Source of the DNA: Felis catus
Taxonomy: Eukaryota
Length of the DNA stretch: 64,000 bases
Direction of reading: 5' to 3'
Assembly: GCF_018350175.1 (NCBI RefSeq)
Contig: NC_058368.1
Span: forward strand, 104,658,001 to 104,722,000
In this document: positions 49,702 through 61,953 of the stretch, piece by piece
Position numbering within the stretch: the stretch's first letter is position 1
Layout of the letters: each line of letters starts with the position of its first letter
Notes under the pieces: model-generated
Databases searched by the model: none
Told to the model about the DNA's origin: nothing
What the model saw: only the letters and a program-made list of their open reading frames with translations
Position numbers and translations under genes: made by a program

Positions 49702-50782
49702 ATATTTTTAGTTTTTTGAGAAACTCTTCTCCAGAGTGGCTGCACCTGTTTGCATTCCCACCAACAGTACAAGAGGGGTCCCCTTTCTCCACACCGACAC
49801 CTTTTTTTCTTGTGTTGCCAGTTTTAGCCACTCTGACAGGTATGAGGTGGTATCTCATCATGGTTTTGATTTGCATTTCACTGATGATGAGTGATGTTGA
49901 GCATCTTTTCATGTGTCTGTTAGCCATCTGGATGTCTTTTTGGAGAAGTGTATTTTCATCAGACTTCAGATTCTGTGTCAGTTAAGTGTGGGTAATAATG
50001 GTGGGTCTCTCATAGGCCTATTATGCAGATTAAATGAGATAATAGATGAAAAGGACACTATCTGGCATATGGCAAATGCTCAGTAAGTTTTGTTTGTTTA
50101 TTTGCATCTGATCAAGTTCTACTCAAGGATTTGTTACGGTCATTTCTCTTTTCAGCTCAGTGAGGCTCTTGCAGGAAGCCGGTGTGGTAAGGGGTGTCTC
50201 GGGTCTAAGGTCTTTAATATGCCATACTGTCTTGGATGTTGAACTTGTCGAGTTCATTAGCATCCAAACTCTGCTTTCATACTTCAGGAAAACAACAAAG
50301 TCGCTCTCTCTACCAAACTACAGTCTTGTCTTGGGCACAAGCTTCCATCTAATGCACCTCCTACATTATGAATCAAAAAGTCTTTATAAACACCTAGGGA
50401 GGTACTGCCCTGTCAGTGTTAGGAGTCTAGGGACAAGGAATATGTTTGATGCTCCAGACCTTAGCATCTCGAGTCTCCTTTTGGAGACACAGCCGCACTT
50501 TGAATTTAATTTGTGTTACCTCATCAGTGCCCCAGGCCACCTCACATCTCTGTGCCTCTGTGTCTCTTTCTTGAAGCAGAGTGAAATAGCCAAAGACCTC
50601 ACAGAGGCACATTTTTGGAGCGTGTCTGGAAGGAATCCCTGGAGCTAGTGAGAAGAGACTGTATAAACTCTCTGGGCCCTTCTATTTCTAAAATAAATGG
50701 ATTCTAGAACTTAAGGTCCTTGAGCACATAGGACCTATGTTATTTACCTTTCAGCCCCCCCCACTCCAATGGCCAAGCATAG

Positions 50783-51165
50783 TGCTCTGGACTGAATTGT
50801 ATCTCCCATAATTCGTATGTGGAAGCCTTATCCTTCAATGTGACCATATTTGGAGATAAGGGCCCATGAGGAAGTGATAAAGGTTAAGTGGGGTCATAAT
50901 GTGGGGCCCTAATCCAATAGAGCTGATGACTTTATAAGAAGAGGAAGAGACACCAGAGGTCTCTCTTTCCATCCTGTACAAACACAGTGAGGAGGCCAAC
51001 GGCGAGTCGGGGCGGCGGGGTGGGGGGGGGGGGCTCTCACCAGAAACTGAATTGGCCAGCACCTTGCTCTTGGATTTCCCAGCCTGCACAACTATGAGAA
51101 ATAAATTTCTGTTAAGTCACCCAGTCTGTGATATTTTGTTATGACAGTCTGAGTAGAACAGGACA
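50783..51165 (+). mobile_element. MLT1A-like solo LTR (ERVL-MaLR)
   Basis: TG..CA ends; GGACTGAATTGT..AATTCGTATGT, CCCTAATCCAATAG..TTTATAAGAAGAGGAAGAGACACCAGAG, GAGAAATAAATTTCTG. Confidence 0.85.
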
Positions 51166-51206
51166 TGTTCACTTTTTCTACTTTCTTCTTTAAAAAAAAC
51201 AAAATA

Positions 51207-51435
51207 GGAGGACCTGCAGGGCTCAGTTGGTTAAGCATTCAGCTTCAGCTCACATCATGATCTCATGGTTCGTGAGTTCGAACCCTGCATTGGGGTCTTT
51301 GCTGTCAGGGCCCTGCATCGGGGTCTTTGCTTCAGATCCTATGTGTTCTTCTTTCTCTGACCCTCCCCTCTTCATGCTCTATCTCTCTCTCTCTCTCTCT
51401 CTCAAAATTAAACTTAAAAAATAAAATAAAATAAA
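51207..51435 (+). mobile_element. Can-SINE (diverged)
   Basis: GGCTCAGTTGGTTAAGC..GTGAGTTCGAACCC..(CT)n..(AAAAT)n. Confidence 0.85.
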
Positions 51436-53168
51436 TAGACTAAGAACTTAAATCTTTATGGACTGGACTAATTTCAAGATTATTCAGAACTACAGGGATG
51501 TAAGAATCACATGAAAACATGAACCTGACTCACAGTCCTAATCTTCACTCAAATGGATAATCTTGCCTTCGTCACCTGCCACAAACCAGCAGAGGCTGCA
51601 AGGTAGCGTCACTGCTTGATTCAAACTTCCCCAGGACATCCTATCTTTCCTCTAGTGGAGGCATGTATGAGTGGGGAAATAGCCAACAGGAAGTGCACAC
51701 TGCTGTTGGGAGGGCGGAAGGTAAGGGAAGGCCTTGCGCAGTTTCTCTTTAGATTTTCAGGTTTTAAACACTTGACTCCCTAGGTGTTCTTTCTGGGGAC
51801 GCAGCAGGACTGAAGTGGACAGAATGTGAGGGAGAGTAAGTAAGGCGGCCACACCCATAAGGCTGCATCTCACCTCAGCCAGAAGAGGCCAGGTGGTTCC
51901 TCACACCAAGGAGGAGAGGTCCTCCTCCAGGAAGGGCAGTGATTAGATCTGAGCCCAGCCACGGATGGATTCAGGTGCAGAGGCTTCCTCAGCAGAGCTG
52001 GCCAGATGGTCTACTTTTATTTTGGTGAAGACCAGCCTGGAGCAAAGGCACTTTTCTTCCGCTGTTCAAAAGCAGAGACGAAAAAGCTTACGATGTGGAG
52101 CTCTGCCAAGCTGGGGCTGGGGGAAAAAAAAATCCTTGTGTTTCTTTCAAGGCAGTATGTAAATGATGCTTTGTAGTTTTGTTTGTGCAGCCCCTGGGGA
52201 CCATTCCGAGGGCCTCGCCATAGCCTTCTGTCGCTTCTGTAGAGTTTAATGTTTATGATGGTGATCATCCTGTAAGCCATTGAGGGTCCCATTGTCACCT
52301 CCCAGCATACGTGTCTTTGGTTGAGGATGTTGAATTGTGATGCAACCAAGGGATCTTCTAAAAGTGATCCCGTAAATTTGCTTTTAGAATTTCAAACTAA
52401 CATGTGCTTATGTGTAGCCCTCTCCCTAGAGGACCGACGTCTGATCTTTCTGGATCTGTCCAAAGTTCAGGTGTGTCATACAGAGAGCTCAATTCTCTGT
52501 CCAAGGAGGATGGCTTGTAGCCTGACCTAAGGGAAGTTCTGTCTAGCCAGAGAGTTTGGAAGAGCATTTTTCATTTCTTGGCCAGATCGTAGCTGTTTGT
52601 AAAAATGCAACCATGAAATTAGGGTCCAATGGCACGTAGATTCATTCACTGGCACATAAGGGAGACCACAGTGTTTTTGTGTGTTAGGGGCTGATGTGTC
52701 CTCTCTCTTCCCTTTGATGGTGAATGTGTCAAGCCCCACTGCTGAGCAGGGTGGCACCCAAGGCCTGACAGGCAGACTTTCAGAACAAAGTGTCAGCTAC
52801 TAAAAGGACTGTGGAAGCCGTGCAAGTCTTGTCATTGACTTCTGAGAACTAGTTCTTGACACAAAAGCAGCGTCCCGATGTCTGTCTAGCGGTTGGATCC
52901 ATCACAAGTAAGACCCCAGGCAGAGCAAACCCCCGTCAGGGTATGCTGGGAACCATGGTGCCGTTTCTTCCACGGTGTAGTCCCTGAGACGTGGGGAGAC
53001 GATCAGGCCTCTGCCTGGCTCTGGTCACTGTGACCGCAAAGAAGGAGCCATGTGTAGTGGCCGTCCCACCCGTTCTTTTTGGCCCAGCAGTTGTTGGCAG
53101 CTGTGCAGTTAGGGAAAGTGAAGATGCTTCTGAGAGGTCAGTGTCAGGCTTCAGAATCATCACTGAAG

Positions 53169-53717
53169 AACGTAGGGAAGGAAAAAAAAAAAGAGAGAGG
53201 GAGAGGAAAGCAAGCCATAAGAGACTCTTAACGATAGAGAGTAGACTGAGGGTTGATGGAGGTGTGTGGGGGTCGGGCTAAATGGGCGATGGTCATTGAG
53301 GAGGGCACTCGTTGGAGTAAGCACTGGGTGTTGTATGTAAGTGTTGAATCAATGAATTCTACTTCTGAAACCAATATTACGCTGTAGGTTAACTAACTAG
53401 AAATTATTTATTTAAAAAAATTACTTTTAATGTTTATTTAATTTTGAGAAAGAGAGAGAGAGAGAGACAGAGCATGAGCATGGGAGGGGCAGAGAGAGAG
53501 GGAGACACAGAATCCGAAGCAGGTTCCAGGCTCCCAGCTGTCAGCACAGAGCCTGACACAGGGCCCAAACTCACGATCTGTGAGATCATGACCTGAGCCG
53601 AAGTCAGAGGCTTAACTGACTGAGCCACCCAGGCGCCCCTAACTAATTAGAATTTAAATAAAAATTCGGAAGAAAAAAAATAAAATGTGACTTCTCAGAA
53701 TTAAAAAAAAAAAAAAA
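53169..53717 (+). mobile_element. 5'-truncated carnivore LINE-1 3' UTR with inserted SINE and double A tail
   Basis: Homologous to the 3' UTR at 48.7-48.9 kb; TSD TCATCACTGAAG (53157-53168) / TCATCGCTGAAG (53719-53730). Confidence 0.85.
53404..53639 (-). mobile_element. Can-SINE inside L1 3' UTR
   Basis: TSD TAACTAACTAGAA / TAACTAATTAGAA. Confidence 0.93.
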
Positions 53718-54896
53718 GTCATCGCTGAAGGCTCAGTGGTGAACCCATGGTTCAAGACAAGAAGTCCAGATGAAGCAAAATGCCTTAAGGAGAGATTGAC
53801 TTTTGGGAAATTTCACTCCATTGATTCAGTTCAAGTTTAGGCTTTAGGCTTTAGGCTCAGTCGTGGGAGGCAGTGGGATCACCCAATGTCAAAATTCCAG
53901 CACGACTCATGAGTGTAACTGTTCACTTTTAGAACTGTATCAATTCGAGGTAATTTCTGGTGTTTTCTAATCCTAAGCGACAATGAAAAGCATTAACTGT
54001 GATGCCGATGTTAAGGTCAGTGTCGCTAATCCATTAAATTTTTAATTCTTTTGGCATGCCCTTCAGTGAAAGAAATAAATGTTTCTTGAGTGAAGGAGCC
54101 TGCTTTCTGCCCCTAGAACTCTATTAGGGAGCCCTGAATGGTGGAAAGAGTATCGTGTCTAGTGACTAAAAAGGTCTTGTCTTGAGATCTAGCTCCCTTG
54201 GTTTGATCTTCGGCAGCTAAAAAAACTCTTTTGGGAGGATGTCCTTATTTATAAGATGGGGAGGTTAGAAAGGCCTGTTCCAACTGCATGGGCTTGGCTA
54301 GGAAGCCTCTGGGGCCACAGAGTGGGCAGGTCAGAGTAGGGTAGGTGAGTGATGCAGGTAGACTGGGTCCAAGAACCCAGGAGAGGGTTCTTGGCTTCAT
54401 GCAGGATGGAAATCAAATGCGAGCCAGAGAAAATGGAAACGGAGTTGATGAACAGTGTGAGTGACAGAACAGCAGATGGAATGTCTGAGAGACTCAGAAA
54501 GCAAAGGAGAACGAGTCTCATCATTGCTTGGGGTTAGGGGTTTATACTAGAAAAGACTCTAGGATACTCCAGGAGTCCGCAGTAGGGCCCTGTTGGAGGT
54601 GTCAGGTGAACAACAGGAGCGATTCCATAAGTTACCAAGAGTCGGGAATTGATGCCAACGTCCGCCAAGGTTTGTTTGAAGCTCGTGCCCTGGGACATGT
54701 TTGGGACCTGGCTTTTAGGTGTTATCGGGTGTTTGGGGCCTAGGACAGAACACAGAGAATGATTAACTGGCTCGCTTCCCCCTTGAAATGGGAGCATGGC
54801 TTCTTTGGTTTATTCGAGGGCAAAATGCGGGTCATGAGTGAATGCGGCCTCGCAGAAAACCAGTGGAGATGGAGCCTTTCTAAAATGGAGTCCCCA

Positions 54897-55106
54897 GGGG
54901 CGCCTGGGTGGCTCAGTCGGTTGGGCGTCCGACTTCGCCTTAGGTCATGATCTCGCGGTCCGTGAGTTCGAGCCCCGCGTCGGGCTCTGGGCTGATGGCT
55001 CAGAGCCTGGAGCCTGTTTCCGATTCTGTGTCTCCCTCTCTCTCTGGCCCTCCCCCGTTCATGCTCTTTCTCTCTCTGCCCAAAAATAAATGAACATTAA
55101 AAAAAA
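54897..55106 (+). mobile_element. Young Can-SINE
   Basis: CpG-rich near-consensus copy; TSD AAATGGAGTCCC at 54883-54894 and 55116-55127. Confidence 0.95.
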
Positions 55107-56629
55107 TTTTTTTTTAAATGGAGTCCCTCTAGTTTCCCTCCCGCCCACGGCCCCCAGAGCAGAGGCACAGCTCTGCCTGAGTGGCCGTCTGGCACGACCG
55201 GGAGCTAGACAGCAAATGGGGGAAACACAACTGCGTGATAGAAAGAGCTTTACCCTTTCTGCTCCCTTCTATGGTCTCGGAAGCTGAGTGTGAGTTTTGG
55301 GACAGCTGTTTTCCCGGGGGCTCTTTTTCTGTGCTGGCTCATGCTTAGGACACAGCCTCCGGCCAACGTGTGGGACTCCTTCCTCCTGAGGCGTAACTTT
55401 TGTTAAGTGTCCAAATTTAGCTAACTTCAGACCAAGTCCAAAGCTTCTCCTCTCCAAGATGGATACGTTGTGTTCGGTGCCATTATGACAGAGCTTTGGG
55501 AAAACGAGTTGCTCTCTATCTCCTTTTAAAACTTACACACCAACGTAAAACAAGAAAGAAAAGAACTGGTTCGCTTTGAAACATTTTGTGAAGTCTGATG
55601 TCTGCTCCTGTTCCCCAGGAGACCCTGAAGAGTGTCACGTGATGGCACAGAGCCTTGGTTTGGGAGGGCGGCGTGTAAACCCCCGGTTCTGCCCCCCCCC
55701 CCCCCCCCCCGGGGAATAGAGGACCAGGACTCTCTAATCCGTGCCACATGCGGTGACATGAACGGACCCTGCAGGACAACAGAGGTCTTGCTGTCTCCTC
55801 GCAGAGCAGCTGCTCAGAAGCCGTGGTAGCCCTGTGGCCTGCTTTGTGGGGAAGTGCAGCGTGTGACTTGAGCTCTTAATCTCTCCTCTCCCTATAGGTA
55901 TTATAAATAACAACTGGTCCGCAGGAGTACCTGCCAGGAGGGATTGCGATCTGCGCTCTGTACTGGAGAAGGCCTTGTTTTGTGTAATCTTAACTTCACT
56001 GGCAAGTGTGTGTGTGTGTGTGGGGGGGGAGAATAAAACCCCAAAGCAAAGGGATTTTGGTATGACCCGGAAAATCCAAGGTGAGGAATTGAGACCTGAA
56101 ATCGAGGAAGGTCAGTCCTTCCCAAACCTCAAACACCTTAGAACTTCTCTGCGAAAGGAAGGAACACACCCAAGTCCAGATCTCGAAGTGCCTTCGTTCC
56201 AAGTTAAACAGTCGAGTCAGAGTTCAGGCCAACAAGCAGCAGAGAGCGGGAATCCCGACCTGGCCTGGCGGCTTCGAAATGTTTGATGCCCTTTGCTTTC
56301 CATTTGCTTAACATTGAGAGACAGTCGGGTGGCTCTGTGAGGAATTGTCATCTGTTTTATAGCTCTCTAGGAGAGGAGAGAGGTGACATTCTGGCCTGGG
56401 AGGAGGCTGTGTTGATCTGGGGCCGACAAAGGATCACACTGTTGTTATTACACTTGCTGACATTTGCCTCGGGTTCTAGAGACCAGATTACAGGTCCATG
56501 GTGAGCCCTGGAAGAATGTGTGAATGTTTGTTTTAATCATGCTGATGGGCCATAAAAAGAAGCAAACAGGAGTCCCCTACCTCTTGGGCAGACATCTGTT
56601 ACTCCTCAGAAGTTGGCTTACTCTAGATA

Positions 56630-58020
56630 TTTCTTTCTTTTTTTTATTGTGGCAGAGTAACATTTAACTATTTTTAAGTGTGGGGTTTAAGTGCGGGGGT
56701 TCTGCTGCATTAGGTACATTCACACCGTTAGGCAGCCATCACCCCGACCTCGGTCTCCAGAACTTTTTCAGGTTCCCAAACTGAAACTCTGTATCCATCA
56801 AACAGCAACTCTCCATTCTCCTTTGCCGCCTGCCCCTGGCAACCACCCTTCTATTTTCTGACTCTATGAATCTGACCACTTTAGATACTTCATAGAAGTA
56901 GAATCATACAGTATTTGTCGTCTTGACTGACTGACCTAGTTCACTTAGCTTAATGTCTTCAAGGTCGATCCATGTTGCAGCACGTGTCAGAATTTCCTTC
57001 CTTTTTAAAAGGCTCGATAATATTGCATTCTGTGTGTATATCCCATGTTGTTTATCCATGTAGCCATTAATAGACATTCGTGTCATTTCTGTAGCCATTA
57101 ATAGACATTTGTGTCCTTCCCACTTTTGGGGTAGTAGGAATAATGCTGCTGTGAACCTTAGTGTGCAAATCTGTTCAAGTCCTTGCTTCAGTTCTTTCTG
57201 AATATATACCCAGAAATAGAATTGCTGCATCATGTGAGAATTCCAGGTTTTAACTTTTTGGGAAACCACCATACTGGTTTCCACGGAAGCAGCAACATTT
57301 TACACTTCCCCAGCAAAGCACAGGATCCCGAATTCTCCACGTCCTCACCAACAGTTGCCATTTTGGGGGTTTTGTTTGTTTTGGGTTTTGATAATAGCCA
57401 TATTAATGGGAGCATCGGGCTATCTCATTGTGGTTTTGATTTGCGTGTCCCTAACGATTAGTGAGGTGGAACATCTTTTCCTGGGCGTACTGGCCATTAC
57501 TACGTCTTCTTTAAAGAATTATCTGTTCGTGTCCTTTACCCATCTTTTGATTAGGCTGTTTATTTTTGAGTGTAGGTTTCTTTTTAATTTTCTGGATTTT
57601 TCTCAGATTTATGATTTGCAGATATTTTCCCCCAATCCGTGGGGGTTGCCTCTCCAATCTGTTGATGGTGTCCTTTGATGCACAATGATGCACAGTGGTT
57701 TTTTTTTTTTAATTTTTTTTTCAACGTTTTTTATTTATTTTTGGGACAGAGAGAGACAGAGCATGAATGGGGGAGGGGCAGAGAGAGAGGGAGACACAGA
57801 ATCGGAAACAGGCTCCAGGCTCCGAGCCATCAGCCCAGAGCCTGACGCGGGGCTCGAACTCCCGGACCGCGAGATCGTGACCTGGCTGAAGTCGGACGCT
57901 TAACCGACTGCGCCACCCAGGCGCCCCATTGTGGTTTTTATTTTTATGAAGCCTGATGTGTCTGTTTTTTTCTTTTGTTGTTTATGCTTTTGGTATCATA
58001 TCCAAGAGATCATTGCCAAT
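56630..58020 (-). mobile_element. LINE-1 3' end (L1MB-like)
   Basis: T tract then TTATTGTGG.., CCCTGGCAACCACC.TTCTA, AATATATACCCAGAAATAG, TGTGGTTTTGATTTGC, ATATCCAAGAGATCATTGCCAA. Confidence 0.88.
57699..57927 (-). mobile_element. Very young Can-SINE (SINEC_Fc-type) inside L1
   Basis: Nearly identical to the copy at 19017-19228; GTGGTTTTT on both sides. Confidence 0.95.
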
Positions 58021-60068
58021 TTACTTTTAAGTATTTCAACATATAGCTCCTTTCTCTTTAATATCACAAAACCCATTCCTTGTATAATTTCGGAATTGGT
58101 TGACTTCACTTTTGCCATGCTCTGCCCATCTCTCTTCTCCTCTCAAGGGATCACAAAGGCTCATTTGTGGCTAAAGAAAAAAAAAAAAGAATGAGGGAAA
58201 GGCTTAGTTTGAAGACGGCCTCAATCATGTATATTATGCAGGCTGAGAAGAGAAAGGCCAGATTTAAGAAGTCTAGGGAACATGAGAGGGTCCTTTGGTG
58301 ATCATGACTGACAGGAAGTGTGTGACACCAAACTTGACTGCCATTTGTCTAGAAGGCTGGAATCTACTTCCTGAAGCTCTTTTTTCCCTCCTCAGGCTGG
58401 GAAGATTATCGAAAAGTGGGCACACCCTAGGGGTGAACCTCTAGGGAGTTGACTTCCAATCTCTATTCCAAGGACCGAAAGAGTTGTTCCATATACGTTT
58501 CCCGAAGTGTATGGATAATGGTTTTTATAAAAGTTCATTCCTTTTTAGAAAACACCATATGTTACTTTTATTTTTATTAAATGCTGGTAAGACTCTTCTA
58601 AGAGCTCAGAAAATCCTTTCCCTGCTAGCTAGTTTTCCATACTTCGCTTGTTATTTTTTCTGGATGGTATTCTGTGCAGAAATCACCATTAACGGTAGCC
58701 ACACCCCCAAAATGCCATGGATATCGCTTGGTAAAAAAGAACAATTGATGAACACCTCGTAAGTTTATACATTCTCATCCTGGAGGAGCAAATTACAGAC
58801 ACAGAATGCCTCCAGGCCTTTCTTCTTTTCTCTTGATTGTTCCAGAAGAACGTAGTCACAAGGTATATACGTTTTAGTATTTTCTCATGACGTATGTTGC
58901 AACCGCGTGTCCCAACTTCTGTAGCATTGGGCTACTGTTTACTTGAGGCAACCAGTGTTAGGTGATATTTGTGTTTCCCTCCCTGGCGTGTGTTCAGGTA
59001 TGAGATTGCTGTGACTTTCCTGGCCATAATGTAGGTCCTAGGTCCAGTCTGAAGAGTGGTTTTCTGTGCCAATAATTGTCAGTATGTTGCTGTTGCCTAC
59101 ATAGTAACTTGAGCTGTGCGTGTGGGGATTTTTGCACCTTGAGAAAGTTGGTGGCAAACTTTATAAAAGCAGGACTTGTCAAATGAATTGCACTTTGGTT
59201 AGCATATCCACACGTGTCTCTGTGCTTGAGGGTCTCAGTGATTCGCTTTGCTGGAGACAAGGAATGGTGGCAGGAAGTTTCTCTAATACGCATGTTACAG
59301 AATGAGGGTTACATTCCTAAAATCAAATTTGGTGGTGAGTTCATAGGGTCCGGGATCCTGAGAAAGCAGCTTCTTGGGGTTGCATGTTAGCCGTACTTTT
59401 TAACGTCATAATTACCGCAGAAGCTGGAAAATGGCGTACCCCTGCAGCGTCGGAGTTCCTCATTTCGATGTCTGCAAGCAGGCATCCCAAGAAAACCCCA
59501 GCTCGGACCCTGGTCTCCCCCGCCGCCTAGTTCCTCTGCCATCCCTGCGTGTCACCTGCTGCGGGGAAATGTGGGGGAGCCCGGAGGAGGGGGACAAGCC
59601 GAAGTCAGAGCAAGCCAACTGGGCCCTGCGACCATCTTAACTGGCATCGGGGGAAAGTGGCTTCAGCTGGCACGGGCGCTTGTGTGCCCCGAGCTTTGCT
59701 TGTTTGCCATGGAAATCCTGGTTGGAACAGAGACCGATGCCATTCAGGCAGCGAGCGGGAAGCTGCTTGTATGGGGAGGCTTTTTTGGCACTGTGTCCAA
59801 CATGCACTCCAGTCAATCACGGTAAAGTGCCTAATAACAGATGTGGTAATTGAGCCTGAAGAACTCTGTCTCTATTTTCTCGTTTTTATTGCAGGGAACA
59901 ACAAAGTGCCTCATTAAACCTCCAATCGTGCTGATTTTTGAATTGGGCGCACCGATATTGTCCAAAATGTCATCTCTGCAAGGGCTTTCTTCCTAGGTCC
60001 TTATCGGCCCAGCGTGCTGCCAGGGAAAGGTTGGATCAGTGTGGGGGAGGACAGTTCCGCTCTGTCTA

Positions 60069-60087
60069 TAGCGCCCTCTGGACTCCA
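60069..60087 (-). promoter_or_regulatory. Candidate CTCF motif
   Basis: Minus strand TGGAGTCCAGAGGGCGCTA vs consensus TGGCCACCAGGGGGCGCTA; 3' core matches, 5' CCA does not. Confidence 0.35.
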
Positions 60088-61219
60088 GTAGCAAAGCATA
60101 TGAAGATTCCAGGGGTACAATCAGATTCCTTTAAGTACCTTCCATATGAACAGTTTTAGCTTCTACATGCTTGTGTGAATATAAAATGCTCCCTGATTCT
60201 CTTAGGCTCAAATTATACTGCGTAGAGCAAGAAAGTCACTTCGGTTTTCAATCTTAGAGAGGTTTCACAGAACCTGAAACCATGGTAAATTACCATATTT
60301 TAATAGGATAAATGATCTTGGAAAAAAATTTAATTACATCTGAAAAGGTCTGTCTTTGATTGTGGCAGTTTCTAAAGCAAATGTCTTCATTAAGGTTGTT
60401 TCTTTCTTCTTTTTTAATGATGAACGTGAGTCTGGCTCATCATTACAGAAAGTGAATCTAAGAATTTAATGACTTGGGACAGGTAGAAAAAGTAGATGTC
60501 CTTAACAGTAAGAGAATGCAGCTCGGAACTTCCTCTTCAGCTCCGCTGAAGAGTTGAGAGCTGCTTCTGTGCAATTGTGTTGCTCTTGGGAAGGAGCCAA
60601 GGGTGCCTCCCATATCTGACATGGCTCTGTTGGATAGTGTAGATTTGGAAGCTGCATTTTTATCACGGAGATAATTTTTTTGTTTCTAGTCCATGGTGGC
60701 TTTAGGCGTAGAGATTTGTGTAGACATTTTGTTTTAAATGTTTGAAAAGGCTCTGGATCCCATTTTATAAAATTCTTGATTCATTTCCTTGTCTCGTGAT
60801 ACATGATTTTGAGTTTTCCAAGATATTTCCATGAGGATTTCTAGATGGCTGTATTCTTAACTTAGCTTTTAATCTGACCCACATGAAGCAGGTGACTCAT
60901 AGAGCATAATCAAGATGTAATCTCAATTCTTATATTAGTGAAGCATAAACTTGACCTACTTGTCTGATTAGCCCTGAACAAGTAATTTGAATGTATTTAA
61001 CATTGGTATATACACGTTTGTGTAAAGGCCTTAGCAACCTTAATGTTACTCCATATTTGTTGACTCCTCTGACACCCAGTGTTTATAATTCACTTTTAAG
61101 CACCTTTATCCATTTAGGCAACATTTTCCATCATTCACGTCAAACAGGTTTCTTGCCAAATATGAAAGCAGGCATGCTTAGGCTCAGATTTTTACCACGT
61201 AGAAATTTAAGAAACAAAT

Positions 61220-61446
61220 GGGGCTCCTGGGTGGCTCAGTCAGTTAAGTATCTGATTCCGGCTCAGATCATGATCTTGCAATTCGTGAGTTCGAGCCCCA
61301 GGTTGGGCTTTGTGCTGACAGCTCAGAGCCTGGAGTCTGCTTTGGATTCGGTGTCTCCCTCTCTCTCTGCCCCTCCCGCGCTCATGCTCTGTCTCTCTTG
61401 CTTTCTCTCTCTCAAAAATAAATAAATATTAAAAAAAAATTAAAAA
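61220..61446 (+). mobile_element. Can-SINE
   Basis: Full head/body/tail. Confidence 0.92.
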
Positions 61447-61605
61447 ACAAAAAACAAAGATATAGTGGGAAAGACCCATGGTTCAAGCAGAGACCCTGTA
61501 GTCAGCAAAGCTTTCTTTAAATAAGATTCGGATTAGTTTTCTTATATTGTTTCTAAGAACAGCAAGATATTCTGGGATAATACAGCTTATGTTTAATTCT
61601 AGTTC

Positions 61606-61822
61606 TTTTTTAAAAAAAAATTTTAATGTTTACTTATTTTTGGGAGAGAGAGACAGAGCGTGAGCGGGGGTGGGGCAGAGAGAGAGGGAGACAGAATCCA
61701 AAGCAGGCTCCAGGCTCTGAGCTGTCAGCACAGAGCCTGACGTGGGGCTTGAACTCATGAACCGTGAGATCCTGAGTTGAGCTGAAGTTGGACACTTAAC
61801 TGATTAAGCCACCCAGGCGTCT
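61606..61822 (-). mobile_element. Can-SINE (probable source locus of the 11.4-kb duplicate)
   Basis: Reverse SINE; TSD-like AATTCTAGTTCT / AGTTCTAACTCT. Confidence 0.92.
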
Positions 61823-61953
61823 CAGTTCTAACTCTATTGTTGGAGAAATATTTCTATAAATTAGTGATGAAGTGGAAACTTGGCCAAGCAAGAGTGGCCC
61901 TGGGTGAAAGTATCATCTCCTGGTGGAATAGATCACATCAGGAATGCTTTCTC
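61821..61953 (+). repeat. 133-bp dispersed duplicate, copy B (copy A at 11605-11737)
   Basis: Manual ungapped alignment, ~86% identity. Confidence 0.9.

Larger units (their letters stand above)
48694..49959 (-). mobile_element. 5'-truncated carnivore LINE-1 (3' UTR plus ORF2 end)
   Basis: Poly-T tail; peptide [40 protein letters not shown] (48679-48693) / CAGACTTCAGATTCT (49960-49974). Confidence 0.92.
48570..50090 (+). mobile_element. MIR split by an L1 insertion (MIR parts ~48570-48693 and ~49960-50090)
   Basis: CCTGGATTTAAATCCTAG..ATGACCCCAAGCCAGTTA..CTTCAGTTTCT, resuming ..GATTAAATGAGATAAT..TGGCATATGGCAAATGCTCAGTAA. Confidence 0.7.

Noticed and set aside
50156..50186. Possible micro-exon (TTTCTCTTTTCAG|..GTG|GTAAGG)
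   Set aside because: The splice motifs are plausible but common by chance in 28 kb; no other support.
53836..53856. (TTTAGGC)3 telomere-like repeat
   Set aside because: Only three units and not TTAGGG; a simple short tandem repeat.
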